64,000 nt of DNA from a bacterium. Lineage in GTDB: Bacteria > JAHJDO01. The notes below the pieces were generated by a model that made no database searches, was not told the DNA's origin, and saw only the letters and a list, made by a program, of their open reading frames with translations. The stretch covers positions 64,001 to 128,000 of the forward strand of contig JBDRTG010000027.1 in assembly GCA_043824255.1 (NCBI GenBank), given 5' to 3'. The first letter of the stretch is position 1. Every line of letters starts with the position of its first letter. A program made the translations under genes and the position numbers. Below, one piece after another: positions 9,107 to 16,935 of the stretch.

Positions 9107-9613
9107 ATGGAATTTAAAATTAAAAATTCAAAATTAAAAATTGTCCCGAAAGCTTTCGGGACAGGCTGCCGTGGGTTCACGCTTATTGAGCTTTTGGTCG
9201 TAATTGGCATCATTGTGCTTCTTGCAGGTATTGTAATGCCGAATTTTATGAAACAGATTGATAAGGCGAAGAAAACACGCGGAAGAGCCGATATTCACAG
9301 CCTTGAGAACGCTTTGGCAATGTATCAGACGGATTATGGAGTGTATCCAGGTGAAACAGGTGGTAATGCTGATGGGGCTTATCCTAGTCTTGAGGGGAAG
9401 CTACAATATGCAGGGACTGAGGGAAAGGGTCCCTATCTTTCAAAGGATATTCCAAAGGATCCATATGGAACTAGCTACTATTACAAATATCCCGGTGCAA
9501 CATCAGGAAAAAATCCACTTGGCATCCGAGGTTATGATCTCTGGTCGTACGGAAAAGATAAGGCTCCCGATACTACCGATGATATAGCGTGTTGGGATAC
9601 GGAGACAAACTAG
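9107..9613 (+). CDS. gspG: GspG-like major pseudopilin with repeat-derived leader
   Basis: GAGGAGG RBS; RG|FTLIELLVV; GPYL..IPKDPYGTSYYY.YPG..YDLWSYGKD..DDI. Confidence 0.85.
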   Translation: MEFKIKNSKLKIVPKAFGTGCRGFTLIELLVVIGIIVLLAGIVMPNFMKQIDKAKKTRGRADIHSLENALAMYQTDYGVYPGETGGNADGAYPSLEGKLQYAGTEGKGPYLSKDIPKDPYGTSYYYKYPGATSGKNPLGIRGYDLWSYGKDKAPDTTDDIACWDTETN

Positions 9614-9615
9614 AA

Positions 9616-10245
9616 ATGAAAATTTCTAATTTTCAATTTCAAATTATTAATTCACTAAAAATTAAAAATTCAAAATTAAGAATTGTCCCGAAGGCTTTCG
9701 GGGCAGGGTTCACAGCAGTGGAATTAATGATAGTGCTTGCAATCATGGGTATTATGCTTGTTGCAGCAATACCATCCTTTGTTCAGTTCACAAGAAATTC
9801 CAGAATAAAGAGCGGAGCACAGACCGTTGTTTCAGCTCTTAGAACTGCGCGCAGTCATGCGATAAAGAGAAGAAAAAATTGTGCAGTTCTTTTTAATATG
9901 GATATAAATAACAGCGGATATGCGGTAAAGATTTACTGGGATCCTGATGAAAGTCACGCTGCACACTACCGTGACGGAGGTTCTGTAACTAACTGGAAAG
10001 CTCTTCCTAAAACGATAATTATGACAACAGAAAGCGCTTTGACTACATCTCCTGATATTCCCTTTCCTAATGATGCAGATACCAGCAATCCAAAAAGCAT
10101 AGAAAGAATTGTTTTTAAGCCAACAGGTGGAGCGTCTGGAAACGAGACAATTCAGGTTAGTGATGACGATAAAACAAATCCTGACACATCCTATATTGCA
10201 ATACAAATGATTACAGGCAGGATAAAAACGAGCAGAACACCGTGA
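9616..10245 (+). CDS. Minor (pseudo)pilin, GspH/FimT-like
   Basis: AG|FTAVELMIVLAI, LRTARSHAI, IVFKPTG, C-terminal TGRIK. Confidence 0.85.
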   Translation: MKISNFQFQIINSLKIKNSKLRIVPKAFGAGFTAVELMIVLAIMGIMLVAAIPSFVQFTRNSRIKSGAQTVVSALRTARSHAIKRRKNCAVLFNMDINNSGYAVKIYWDPDESHAAHYRDGGSVTNWKALPKTIIMTTESALTTSPDIPFPNDADTSNPKSIERIVFKPTGGASGNETIQVSDDDKTNPDTSYIAIQMITGRIKTSRTP

Positions 10246-10250
10246 GTGAA

Positions 10251-10391
10251 ATGGCAATTATTAATCAAGGCTTTAATGTTTTAATTTCTAATTGTAAATT
10301 GAGAAAGGCACAAAGTGGTTTTTTTGTCATTCCACGACTTGATCGGGGAATCCAGTATTCTTCTGGATCTTCCTGTCAAGCAGGAAGATGA
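10251..10391 (+). CDS. Putative 46-aa repeat-encoded bridge ORF (MAIINQGF...)
   Basis: Translated by hand; in frame with GTG 10242, which overlaps the upstream stop; ends just before the next RBS. Confidence 0.4.
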   Translation: MAIINQGFNVLISNCKLRKAQSGFFVIPRLDRGIQYSSGSSCQAGR

Positions 10392-10392
10392 C
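10326..10392. repeat. GTCATT...ATGAC composite palindrome (RPE/dRS3-like)
   Basis: GTCATTCCACGACTTGATCGGGGAATCC...GGATCTTCCTGTCAAGCAGGAAGATGAC; first half matches the reverse complement of 60782-60809 at 26/28. Confidence 0.75.
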
Positions 10393-10404
10393 AGGTGACG
10401 AGTG

Positions 10405-10863
10405 ATGAGTAAAATGGAAAAAATAATTAAGAACTTAGGAATTAGTAATTCATTCAAAATTAAAAATTCAAAATTAAAAATTGCTCCGATGTTCATCGGA
10501 GCTTTCAGTCTTCTTGAACTTGTTATTTCAATGGCTATTCTGTCCATTGCTCTTCTTGGACTTATTCAAATGTTCCCTGTAGGCCTCAGGGCAAGCAAGC
10601 ATGCAGGAGATCATACAATGATGACATTTCTCGGTCAGCAGAAAATGAGTGATATTGAGCAGGAAAAACCGGAAACTTCCACAACAAGTAACACGTTTTT
10701 CTCTGTTCCCGGTGCTGATCCTGATTATTCTTCGTTCTCATGGATACAAACAGTTACTCAGGATTCAACACTCACAAACCTGTATCATGCGTCTATATTG
10801 ATTTACTGCAATGATAGAGGAGATACCAGAATTGAGGAATTTGTAACGCTTTATGTTAAGTAG
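10405..10863 (+). CDS. Minor (pseudo)pilin, GspI/PilV-like
   Basis: GA|FSLLELVISMAIL; QQKMSDI; alternative starts 10402 and 10414. Confidence 0.82.
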   Translation: MSKMEKIIKNLGISNSFKIKNSKLKIAPMFIGAFSLLELVISMAILSIALLGLIQMFPVGLRASKHAGDHTMMTFLGQQKMSDIEQEKPETSTTSNTFFSVPGADPDYSSFSWIQTVTQDSTLTNLYHASILIYCNDRGDTRIEEFVTLYVK

Positions 10864-10864
10864 A

Positions 10865-11020
10865 ATGGCAATTATTAATTTTCAATTTAAAATTATTAAT
10901 CAAGTCTTTAATGCTTTAATTTCTAACAGTAAACAACGTGTCATTGCGAGGAGCAAAGCGACGTGGCAATCTAAAGTGGCGAGATTGCTTCACTTCGTTC
11001 GCAATGACTGTGAGGAGTAA
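10865..11020 (+). CDS. Putative 51-aa repeat-encoded bridge ORF (MAIINFQFKIINQ...)
   Basis: ATG 1 nt after the upstream TAG; its TAA overlaps the next ATG (TAATG). Confidence 0.45.
   Translation: MAIINFQFKIINQVFNALISNSKQRVIARSKATWQSKVARLLHFVRNDCEE
10940..11008. repeat. GTCATTGCGAG...CGCAATGAC composite palindrome (RPE-like)
   Basis: Terminal inverted GTCATTGCGA/TCGCAATGAC and internal GCAATCT/AGATTGC. Confidence 0.8.
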
Positions 11021-11760
11021 TGAGTGAAATGAGGAAAATGTTCAAACAACAAGGGGTTGAAACCCCTTGTTCAAGGATTTCGGATTTCGGATTTCGGATT
11101 TGTTCCACTCGTGCTTTCACCCTGATCGAAATCATGATCACAACAGCGGTTCTGGCTCTACTGATAACAGGCATTTATTCTATTTTTAAAGGCGGTACTG
11201 ATTCATGGACAAAGGGTAATGTAAGGATGGAGCGGTATCAGAACGCAAGAGCAATTCTGGAAATGATGTCAAGAGAGATCTCCTGCGCAATGGTCAACGA
11301 GGCGAGAAAGATATATATGCTTGGGATAAATGATGATGGGTTTCAGACTGACAGTACCAGAGATGAGTTGTTTTTTGTCGCTCCTATATATCCAACGTCA
11401 AGTCTGACAAATACACAATCTGATATGTGTGAAATAGGATACTGGATAAGAGGAGATACCGAAATTATGCGTCATTATGCAGTTGGCACCAGTAATAGCA
11501 TTGATTTTGTTTATGATACAGGTTCAAGCGATTCACTTGGTGTAAGGGCGGTAGATCTTCAGTTTTATTATTACTATGACGATTGTGGTGAAGCGGATTC
11601 TCAGGTGAACTGGGATTCTCTCGAGGATCAATATCCAAGTGATGGCTATGCTGACGGCTTACCAAAGAAAATAAAGATAGTTCTCAAAACCCGTGACGAA
11701 GAGGCGAGAGAAGATACTCAGACATTTGAGACCACTGTGTTTATGCCGGGAGCAGAATAG
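11020..11760 (+). CDS. Minor (pseudo)pilin, GspJ/PilW-like
   Basis: RA|FTLIEIMI, ARAILEMMSREI, EIGYW, LPKKIKIVL..FETTV. Confidence 0.85.
   Translation: MSEMRKMFKQQGVETPCSRISDFGFRICSTRAFTLIEIMITTAVLALLITGIYSIFKGGTDSWTKGNVRMERYQNARAILEMMSREISCAMVNEARKIYMLGINDDGFQTDSTRDELFFVAPIYPTSSLTNTQSDMCEIGYWIRGDTEIMRHYAVGTSNSIDFVYDTGSSDSLGVRAVDLQFYYYYDDCGEADSQVNWDSLEDQYPSDGYADGLPKKIKIVLKTRDEEAREDTQTFETTVFMPGAE
11048..11102 (+). repeat. Palindrome plus (GGATTTC)x4 heptamer array inside a prepilin leader
   Basis: AACAAGGGGTT-GA-AACCCCTTGTT, then GGATTTC x3 and GGATTTG. Confidence 0.85.
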
Positions 11761-11761
11761 A

Positions 11762-11854
11762 ATGGCAATTATTAATCAAGTCTTTAATGCTTTAATTTCT
11801 AAGAATTTAACACTCTCCCTTCTCTTGGGAAGAGATAGAAAATGGAAGCAATGA
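11762..11854 (+). CDS. Putative 30-aa repeat-encoded bridge ORF (MAIINQVFNALIS...)
   Basis: ATG 1 nt after the upstream TAG; its TGA overlaps ATG 11851 (ATGA). Confidence 0.45.
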   Translation: MAIINQVFNALISKNLTLSLLLGRDRKWKQ

Positions 11855-14800
11855 ACAAAATGAAAAAGATAGTTAAAAATTTAGAAATTAGTAATTCATT
11901 CAAAATTGAAAATTCAAAATTAAGAATTATTTTCGGAAGACGTTCCGAAAATGGCATTGCTTTAATCATCGTTGTATCCATTATGGCTGTTCTTGCCTCT
12001 ATTGCGGCTGCTTTTTCATACAGTATGATAATGGACCAGCGCGCAGCAGCCAATTATATGACTGGAATAAAAGCGGACTATGTTGCAAGAGCAGGCATTC
12101 AGCACGCTATCGGTGTTCTGAAAAAGGATGGGGATCCATCTAATACTACAGGTTATGCTTACGAAGGATATGATTGGTACGAGGATGATTGGGGATATGA
12201 TTCTACGCTTTTTGGCGCTAACGATAACACATTAAACTCAGATTCATGTATAAGTAACGATGATAATGTGGTTTCAACAAATGCGCCAGCTGCAGTTACT
12301 GGAGCGGATTCCCGCTGGATAAATCTAACAGATTCGCAGGGAAGCCTGATTGGCAGATACGCTGTTCTGGTTATTGACGAGTCAGGCAAGATAAACATAA
12401 ATACAGCGCGCTATGGTTCTTCTGGACATGAGGGATGGACAACAGGTGAGATAGATATTGAGCCGGTTTGCACTCTTGCTAGTCCTGATCTTACTTCATC
12501 GGAAGCGAGAGCAATTACAAATGTGCGCTATGGAACAGATGGATGCGCAGGGATTTCGGGTTATGATGACAATGCAGACAGCGTTGTTCTTAATAACGAC
12601 GGGATAGATAATGATGGAGACGATGATCCTGCTGGAACTGATGGGGCTGACGAAGGAGATGAGGGAGTGGACGATTCCGCAGAGTTTTATATTGCCAGTC
12701 CTTATACTGATTCCAATGATCTCAGCACTGATACGTCTTATCTGACTCCGGCTGAGGTTGTTTCACTTGCGGACGTAACAGGCGCTGAATACGCTAAGTT
12801 TGATTCCTACATCACAACCTTTTCCTCTGACAAAAACCTCACGGATTCAGGGCTGGCGCGGCTGAATATCAACGCGGTAAGCTCTGCAATGGAATTGTAT
12901 TCAACTCTAAGGGATGCCTTTGATTATTGGGGAACTTCTGCTACAACAGCAGAACTTGCGCAGATGGCAGTTAACATAATTGACTACAGGGATCGCGATC
13001 ATGGCTCAACACGAATTGATATTGAAGATGGCAGTAGTACTGTGTTTACCCGATACGGCGTTGAAGGCATAAGAATAAATGAGGTTATGGTAAGGCCTGT
13101 GTTCAGGAAGGATGGTGGTGATGCTGGAGAGGAAACAACCACTGTTGGATGGACAAAGGCAGGGGATACTTGGACAAGTTCAGCTGTTGATGACAGTGGT
13201 ATATGGTCTTGGAGTAGTATTCCTGATGGCACATATAAAGTAAAAATTTACGGTTCAGGAAATGTGGATTACTGGATATATCCTAAAGTTAGCGATTCAT
13301 GGTCAGTTATACATACAGAAAATCTATCTGATACCTCAACGGCAGACACAGTAATAATATCTGGGGGAGTAGGTGTATTTATGCTCAATGTTCAAGCTAA
13401 TAATAATGATGACACATGGTATCGCGTTGATCTCTCCCAATCCCCTGACTGCGAATATGTTGAGCTTGTAAATATTTCGCCAAATGCAGTTATAATGTAC
13501 GGCTGGCATCTGGAGTTTCCGAACGGTCAGGTAGGGACTATCCCGAGCGGGACAAGAATTGCTGCAATGGGAGACAGTAGTGGTGAAGATACAATAGTTC
13601 TTGCAATAGACATGGCTGATTCAACGGTTGATAATGGTTCTGAGGTATATAATAACGGTATCTATTTTACAAATACATATACCAGCGCAAATTCAGCTAA
13701 TGTTTATCAGCTTGGTTTTACGAATGATGTTCAGGATGATATTCTTTGCGATACGGTTTTAGTGGACAGTCCTTTGCGGCTTTACGACGGACCCATCGCG
13801 CCGACATCAGGTAATCCTGCGGGACATATTGTTGATCAGGTCCTATATGACAGCCTGATAATACAGAATAATGATTTTGTCTCTATGGAAAGAAACGACC
13901 CGGCTTATTTGGGAACAGATGTATTGAACGATTCCGGAATTTTTGACACATGGCTTGTATCCACAGCAAGTCCGCCGGCTTCTCTTGCAAGCGCTGGAAC
14001 TCCAACGTCTGCAAACAACAACTATTCTCCAACGAATTCTATTAAGGTTAAAAACTCTCCTTTCGCAAACATAGGAGAGATTGCGGATGTATCCTACAGC
14101 AAAACTGCATGGACTAATATTGGGGATACTGAGGCAAGAATAAAGAATATTGCGGACAGGATCACTGTTTCAGGCAGACGGCTTGACGCGGAGTTTGCGG
14201 ACTATACGCCTGGCGCTAGCGCTGATTGGACTTTAGAGAGTCTCTTAGGTGATGATGAGGAGACAAAACGCAAATATGGGGGAAGAGAGCTTAATGATGC
14301 AACTGATGAACTCTACTGGTTTAGGGCAAATAGCGGGGGAGGAGTAACTAATGAGGATACTTGGACATGGTACACTACAATAGACAGATTTGAAGCGGAT
14401 ACCTATATTATGTATGTTTACGGCAGAGAGGGTGGAGCAATGAGGGTGAGGGTTGGGAATGACACTGCGATTATTATTCCAAGCTCAGACTATGGCGCGC
14501 GGTTCGGCCAGGTTGTAATAGAAGATACCACTCTAAACGTTGCTGTTTCCCCTGAGGATTCAGATTCAGACTCAACATACTTTGATTATATTCTTCTTAC
14601 ACCGGCTTCAAGGACTTATGGCAGATTGAATATAAATACAGCCTCTGTTCCTGTGCTTGATGGACTAAAAAACATAGGTGCATCCACAGCACAGGATATT
14701 GTTAACTATAGAAATACCTTGACTCCTAAAGCATTTAAGTCTATTGGTGAAATCCTTGATGTAACTGGGTCTGGTATTGGTATTGCAACGTTCAAACCTA

Positions 14801-14946
14801 TTTCCAATCTCATTACAACAAAATCCAATGTATTCAAGATAATCTGTACAGGTCAGTCAATTCTGGATAAGAATGATAACAAGGTTTTTGATACTGACGA
14901 CGAGGTGCTCGGAGAGAGGAAGATTACTGTTATTTATGAAAGATAA
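11851..14946 (+). CDS. Very large PilX/GspK-like minor pilin with acidic insertions, lamin-tail-like segment and C-terminal helix-hairpin-helix
   Basis: NG|IALIIVV (no Glu+5, as in GspK/PilX), ARAGIQHA, DESGKININTA, IRINEVM/EYVELVN, RLNINTAS..L..IGASTAQDIVNYR; start 11842 or 11851. Confidence 0.75.
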   Translation: MNKMKKIVKNLEISNSFKIENSKLRIIFGRRSENGIALIIVVSIMAVLASIAAAFSYSMIMDQRAAANYMTGIKADYVARAGIQHAIGVLKKDGDPSNTTGYAYEGYDWYEDDWGYDSTLFGANDNTLNSDSCISNDDNVVSTNAPAAVTGADSRWINLTDSQGSLIGRYAVLVIDESGKININTARYGSSGHEGWTTGEIDIEPVCTLASPDLTSSEARAITNVRYGTDGCAGISGYDDNADSVVLNNDGIDNDGDDDPAGTDGADEGDEGVDDSAEFYIASPYTDSNDLSTDTSYLTPAEVVSLADVTGAEYAKFDSYITTFSSDKNLTDSGLARLNINAVSSAMELYSTLRDAFDYWGTSATTAELAQMAVNIIDYRDRDHGSTRIDIEDGSSTVFTRYGVEGIRINEVMVRPVFRKDGGDAGEETTTVGWTKAGDTWTSSAVDDSGIWSWSSIPDGTYKVKIYGSGNVDYWIYPKVSDSWSVIHTENLSDTSTADTVIISGGVGVFMLNVQANNNDDTWYRVDLSQSPDCEYVELVNISPNAVIMYGWHLEFPNGQVGTIPSGTRIAAMGDSSGEDTIVLAIDMADSTVDNGSEVYNNGIYFTNTYTSANSANVYQLGFTNDVQDDILCDTVLVDSPLRLYDGPIAPTSGNPAGHIVDQVLYDSLIIQNNDFVSMERNDPAYLGTDVLNDSGIFDTWLVSTASPPASLASAGTPTSANNNYSPTNSIKVKNSPFANIGEIADVSYSKTAWTNIGDTEARIKNIADRITVSGRRLDAEFADYTPGASADWTLESLLGDDEETKRKYGGRELNDATDELYWFRANSGGGVTNEDTWTWYTTIDRFEADTYIMYVYGREGGAMRVRVGNDTAIIIPSSDYGARFGQVVIEDTTLNVAVSPEDSDSDSTYFDYILLTPASRTYGRLNINTASVPVLDGLKNIGASTAQDIVNYRNTLTPKAFKSIGEILDVTGSGIGIATFKPISNLITTKSNVFKIICTGQSILDKNDNKVFDTDDEVLGERKITVIYER

Positions 14947-14958
14947 AAAGATAGAAGC

Positions 14959-15049
14959 AGGATTAAGGATTAAGACGCTTCGCTCTAAGGATTAAGTTTG
15001 TAGTATGTGGATGTTTTTACTTAATTCTTAATCCTTATGACTTAATACT
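14959..15049 (-). repeat. Gene-less (MITE-like) copy A of the four-helix-bundle cassette
   Basis: Ends match the reverse complement of both cassette arms; 42-nt and 26-nt blocks identical to copy B. Confidence 0.85.
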
Positions 15050-15076
15050 AAAAATTCGGATTTTGTTTGGTAAAAT

Positions 15077-16166
15077 ATGGAGCATCTAAAACAGAGATTG
15101 GATATATTGAGAAAGAATTTGGATCACGCAAAGGTGTATCTTTGACTACCCCAAGAAACAGGAAGAAATAAAGCAGTTAGAAGAAGAGACTTCAAAGCCG
15201 GGCTTCTGGTCAGATAACAAAAAAGCCGCCGGAATTATAAAACAGATCAAAATCTTAAAAGGTATTATCACGCCTCTTGATACCCTCATTAGAGAAACAG
15301 ATAACGCTTTAGAACTTGTTGAGCTCGCCTTATCAGAGAAGGATAACTCAATCTCTTCTGAGATTACCGAGGAACTTGAGAAACTGGAGAAAGAGTATAA
15401 GAAATTTGAAGTAACTTTGACTTTAAGCGGTAAGTATGACGGAAATAACGCTATTATGACTCTTCATTCAGGCGCAGGAGGGACGGAAGCGTGCGACTGG
15501 GTGGAGATGATGCTAAAGGTGTATATCAAGTGGGCGGAAAGAAGAGGTTTTAAAACAGAGATTGCGGACATTCTGGCAGGTGAAGAAGCAGGTATAAAAA
15601 ATGTGACAATTATGATTAAAGGTGATTACGCATATGGCTATCTGCGTTCAGAAATAGGTGTGCACAGGCTTGTAAGAATATCTCCATTCGATGCGAACAA
15701 AAGAAGACATACCTCATTCTGTTCAGTTGATGTAATTGCAGAGGTGGAAGACGAAATTGATGTTGATATTAAGGAAGACGATCTAAGAATTGATACTTAC
15801 CGTGCAAGCGGTCATGGAGGACAGCATATCAATACCACTGACTCTGCTGTGCGTATCACGCATCTGCCTACAGGCATAGTCACCCAATGCCAGAATGAAC
15901 GCTCTCAGCTTAAAAACAAGTTGACTGCAATGAAGGTCTTAAGAGCGCGGCTAGTTGAATACCACATGCGAAAGAAGGAAGAAGAAATGCAAGAATACAA
16001 TAAAGATAAGAAGAAGATAGAATGGGGTTCTCAGATTCGTTCGTATGTATTTCAGCCGTATACGCTTGTTAAGGATCACAGGACAGGCGCTGAAGCAGGA
16101 AATGTCCAGGCAGTTATGGATGGAAATATTGATAAATTTATAGAAGCATTTTTAAAGATAAAATAA
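15077..16166 (+). CDS. prfB: Peptide chain release factor 2 with programmed +1 frameshift
   Basis: ORF0 MEHLKQ...KVYL ends CTT TGA C (15140-15146) after AAGGTG-TAT; +1 frame DYPKK.. joins the SPF/GGQ-containing ORF. Confidence 0.95.
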
Positions 16167-16179
16167 TCTCCCTTTTCTA

Positions 16180-16208
16180 TTGCACACCTATATGGTGTAT
16201 GCTAGACT
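16180..16208 (+). promoter_or_regulatory. Sigma-70-type promoter
   Basis: TTGCAC-N17-TAGACT with TG extension; ACACC-tatat-GGTGT palindrome over the spacer. Confidence 0.55.
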
Positions 16209-16213
16209 TTATT

Positions 16214-16303
16214 AGGATTAAGGATTAAGACGCTTCGCTCTAAGGATTAAGTTTGAAGTGTGCGGTGTTTTTACTTAATTCTTAATCCTTACAACTTAAC
16301 ACT
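16214..16303 (-). repeat. Gene-less (MITE-like) copy B of the four-helix-bundle cassette
   Basis: Direct repeat of 14959-15049. Confidence 0.85.
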
Positions 16304-16310
16304 GGAAATT

Positions 16311-16916
16311 ATGGAAAATAGGTTATTGGTTTTTATTTCAAATGTGGTTTTTATTATGTTGGCGTTTTGCCAGCATGCTTTTGCCGTTAGTAAAATTGAA
16401 AGATTCGTAATAGAGCATCCTGTAGGGGTATTTTTCTCAATTATAGGGCCTGTAGTAGGCGCTTTATTTATTTATTGGATAGTTCTTTACATATTCCATT
16501 TTGGCAAAGCAGAAATAGATATTGTTAAAGAAAAAAAAGAACGGTTGAAGATAGATGAACAAAAGCACGAATTATTCACTGAAATTCCTGAAGGGAGTGT
16601 TGAACAAGACCTTTCCCTGCCTTCTGCCAGATTAATTGCTAGAAGTCAGCATGGGTTTTTAAAAGAGCATAAATTGCACTCTGATAAAGAATTTTCTATC
16701 GGAAGGAGCGATACCTGTAACATTGCGATTAAGGAACCCAGGGTATCCAGGCTTCATGCAAAAATCAGGCCTGAAAAAGAGGGATACCTTCTCTATGATT
16801 TGGTTAGTAAGGGAGGAACCAGGGTTAATGCTGTAAAGATAAGGAGACATCGTCTTAGACATAATGACAGAATTGGAATAGGATATACAGAAATAATATT
16901 CAAGTTAGAGGTATAA
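16311..16916 (+). CDS. Membrane-anchored FHA-domain protein
   Basis: Signal/TM segments; IGRS..NI.I....VSRLHA...DLVSKGGTRVN..L...DRIGIG FHA motif; ATG 16311 lies after the repeat. Confidence 0.85.
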   Translation: MENRLLVFISNVVFIMLAFCQHAFAVSKIERFVIEHPVGVFFSIIGPVVGALFIYWIVLYIFHFGKAEIDIVKEKKERLKIDEQKHELFTEIPEGSVEQDLSLPSARLIARSQHGFLKEHKLHSDKEFSIGRSDTCNIAIKEPRVSRLHAKIRPEKEGYLLYDLVSKGGTRVNAVKIRRHRLRHNDRIGIGYTEIIFKLEV

Positions 16917-16935
16917 TTATAGTGGAGGCGAGAAC

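Noticed and set aside
8707..9615. ORF-track starts 8707, 9056 and 9589 for the pilins
   Set aside because: 8707 lies inside the sigma-54 promoter and the other two overlap upstream genes; better starts are 8749, 9107 and 9616.
15417..16166. Short prfB starting at 15417
   Set aside because: This is the post-frameshift portion; the gene starts at 15077.
14959..16303. CRISPR array
   Set aside because: Only two ~90-nt copies separated by a whole gene; no regular spacers or cas genes.
16260..16310. N-terminal extension of the FHA protein
   Set aside because: It is a read-through of repeat copy B; ATG 16311 precedes the signal-like segment.
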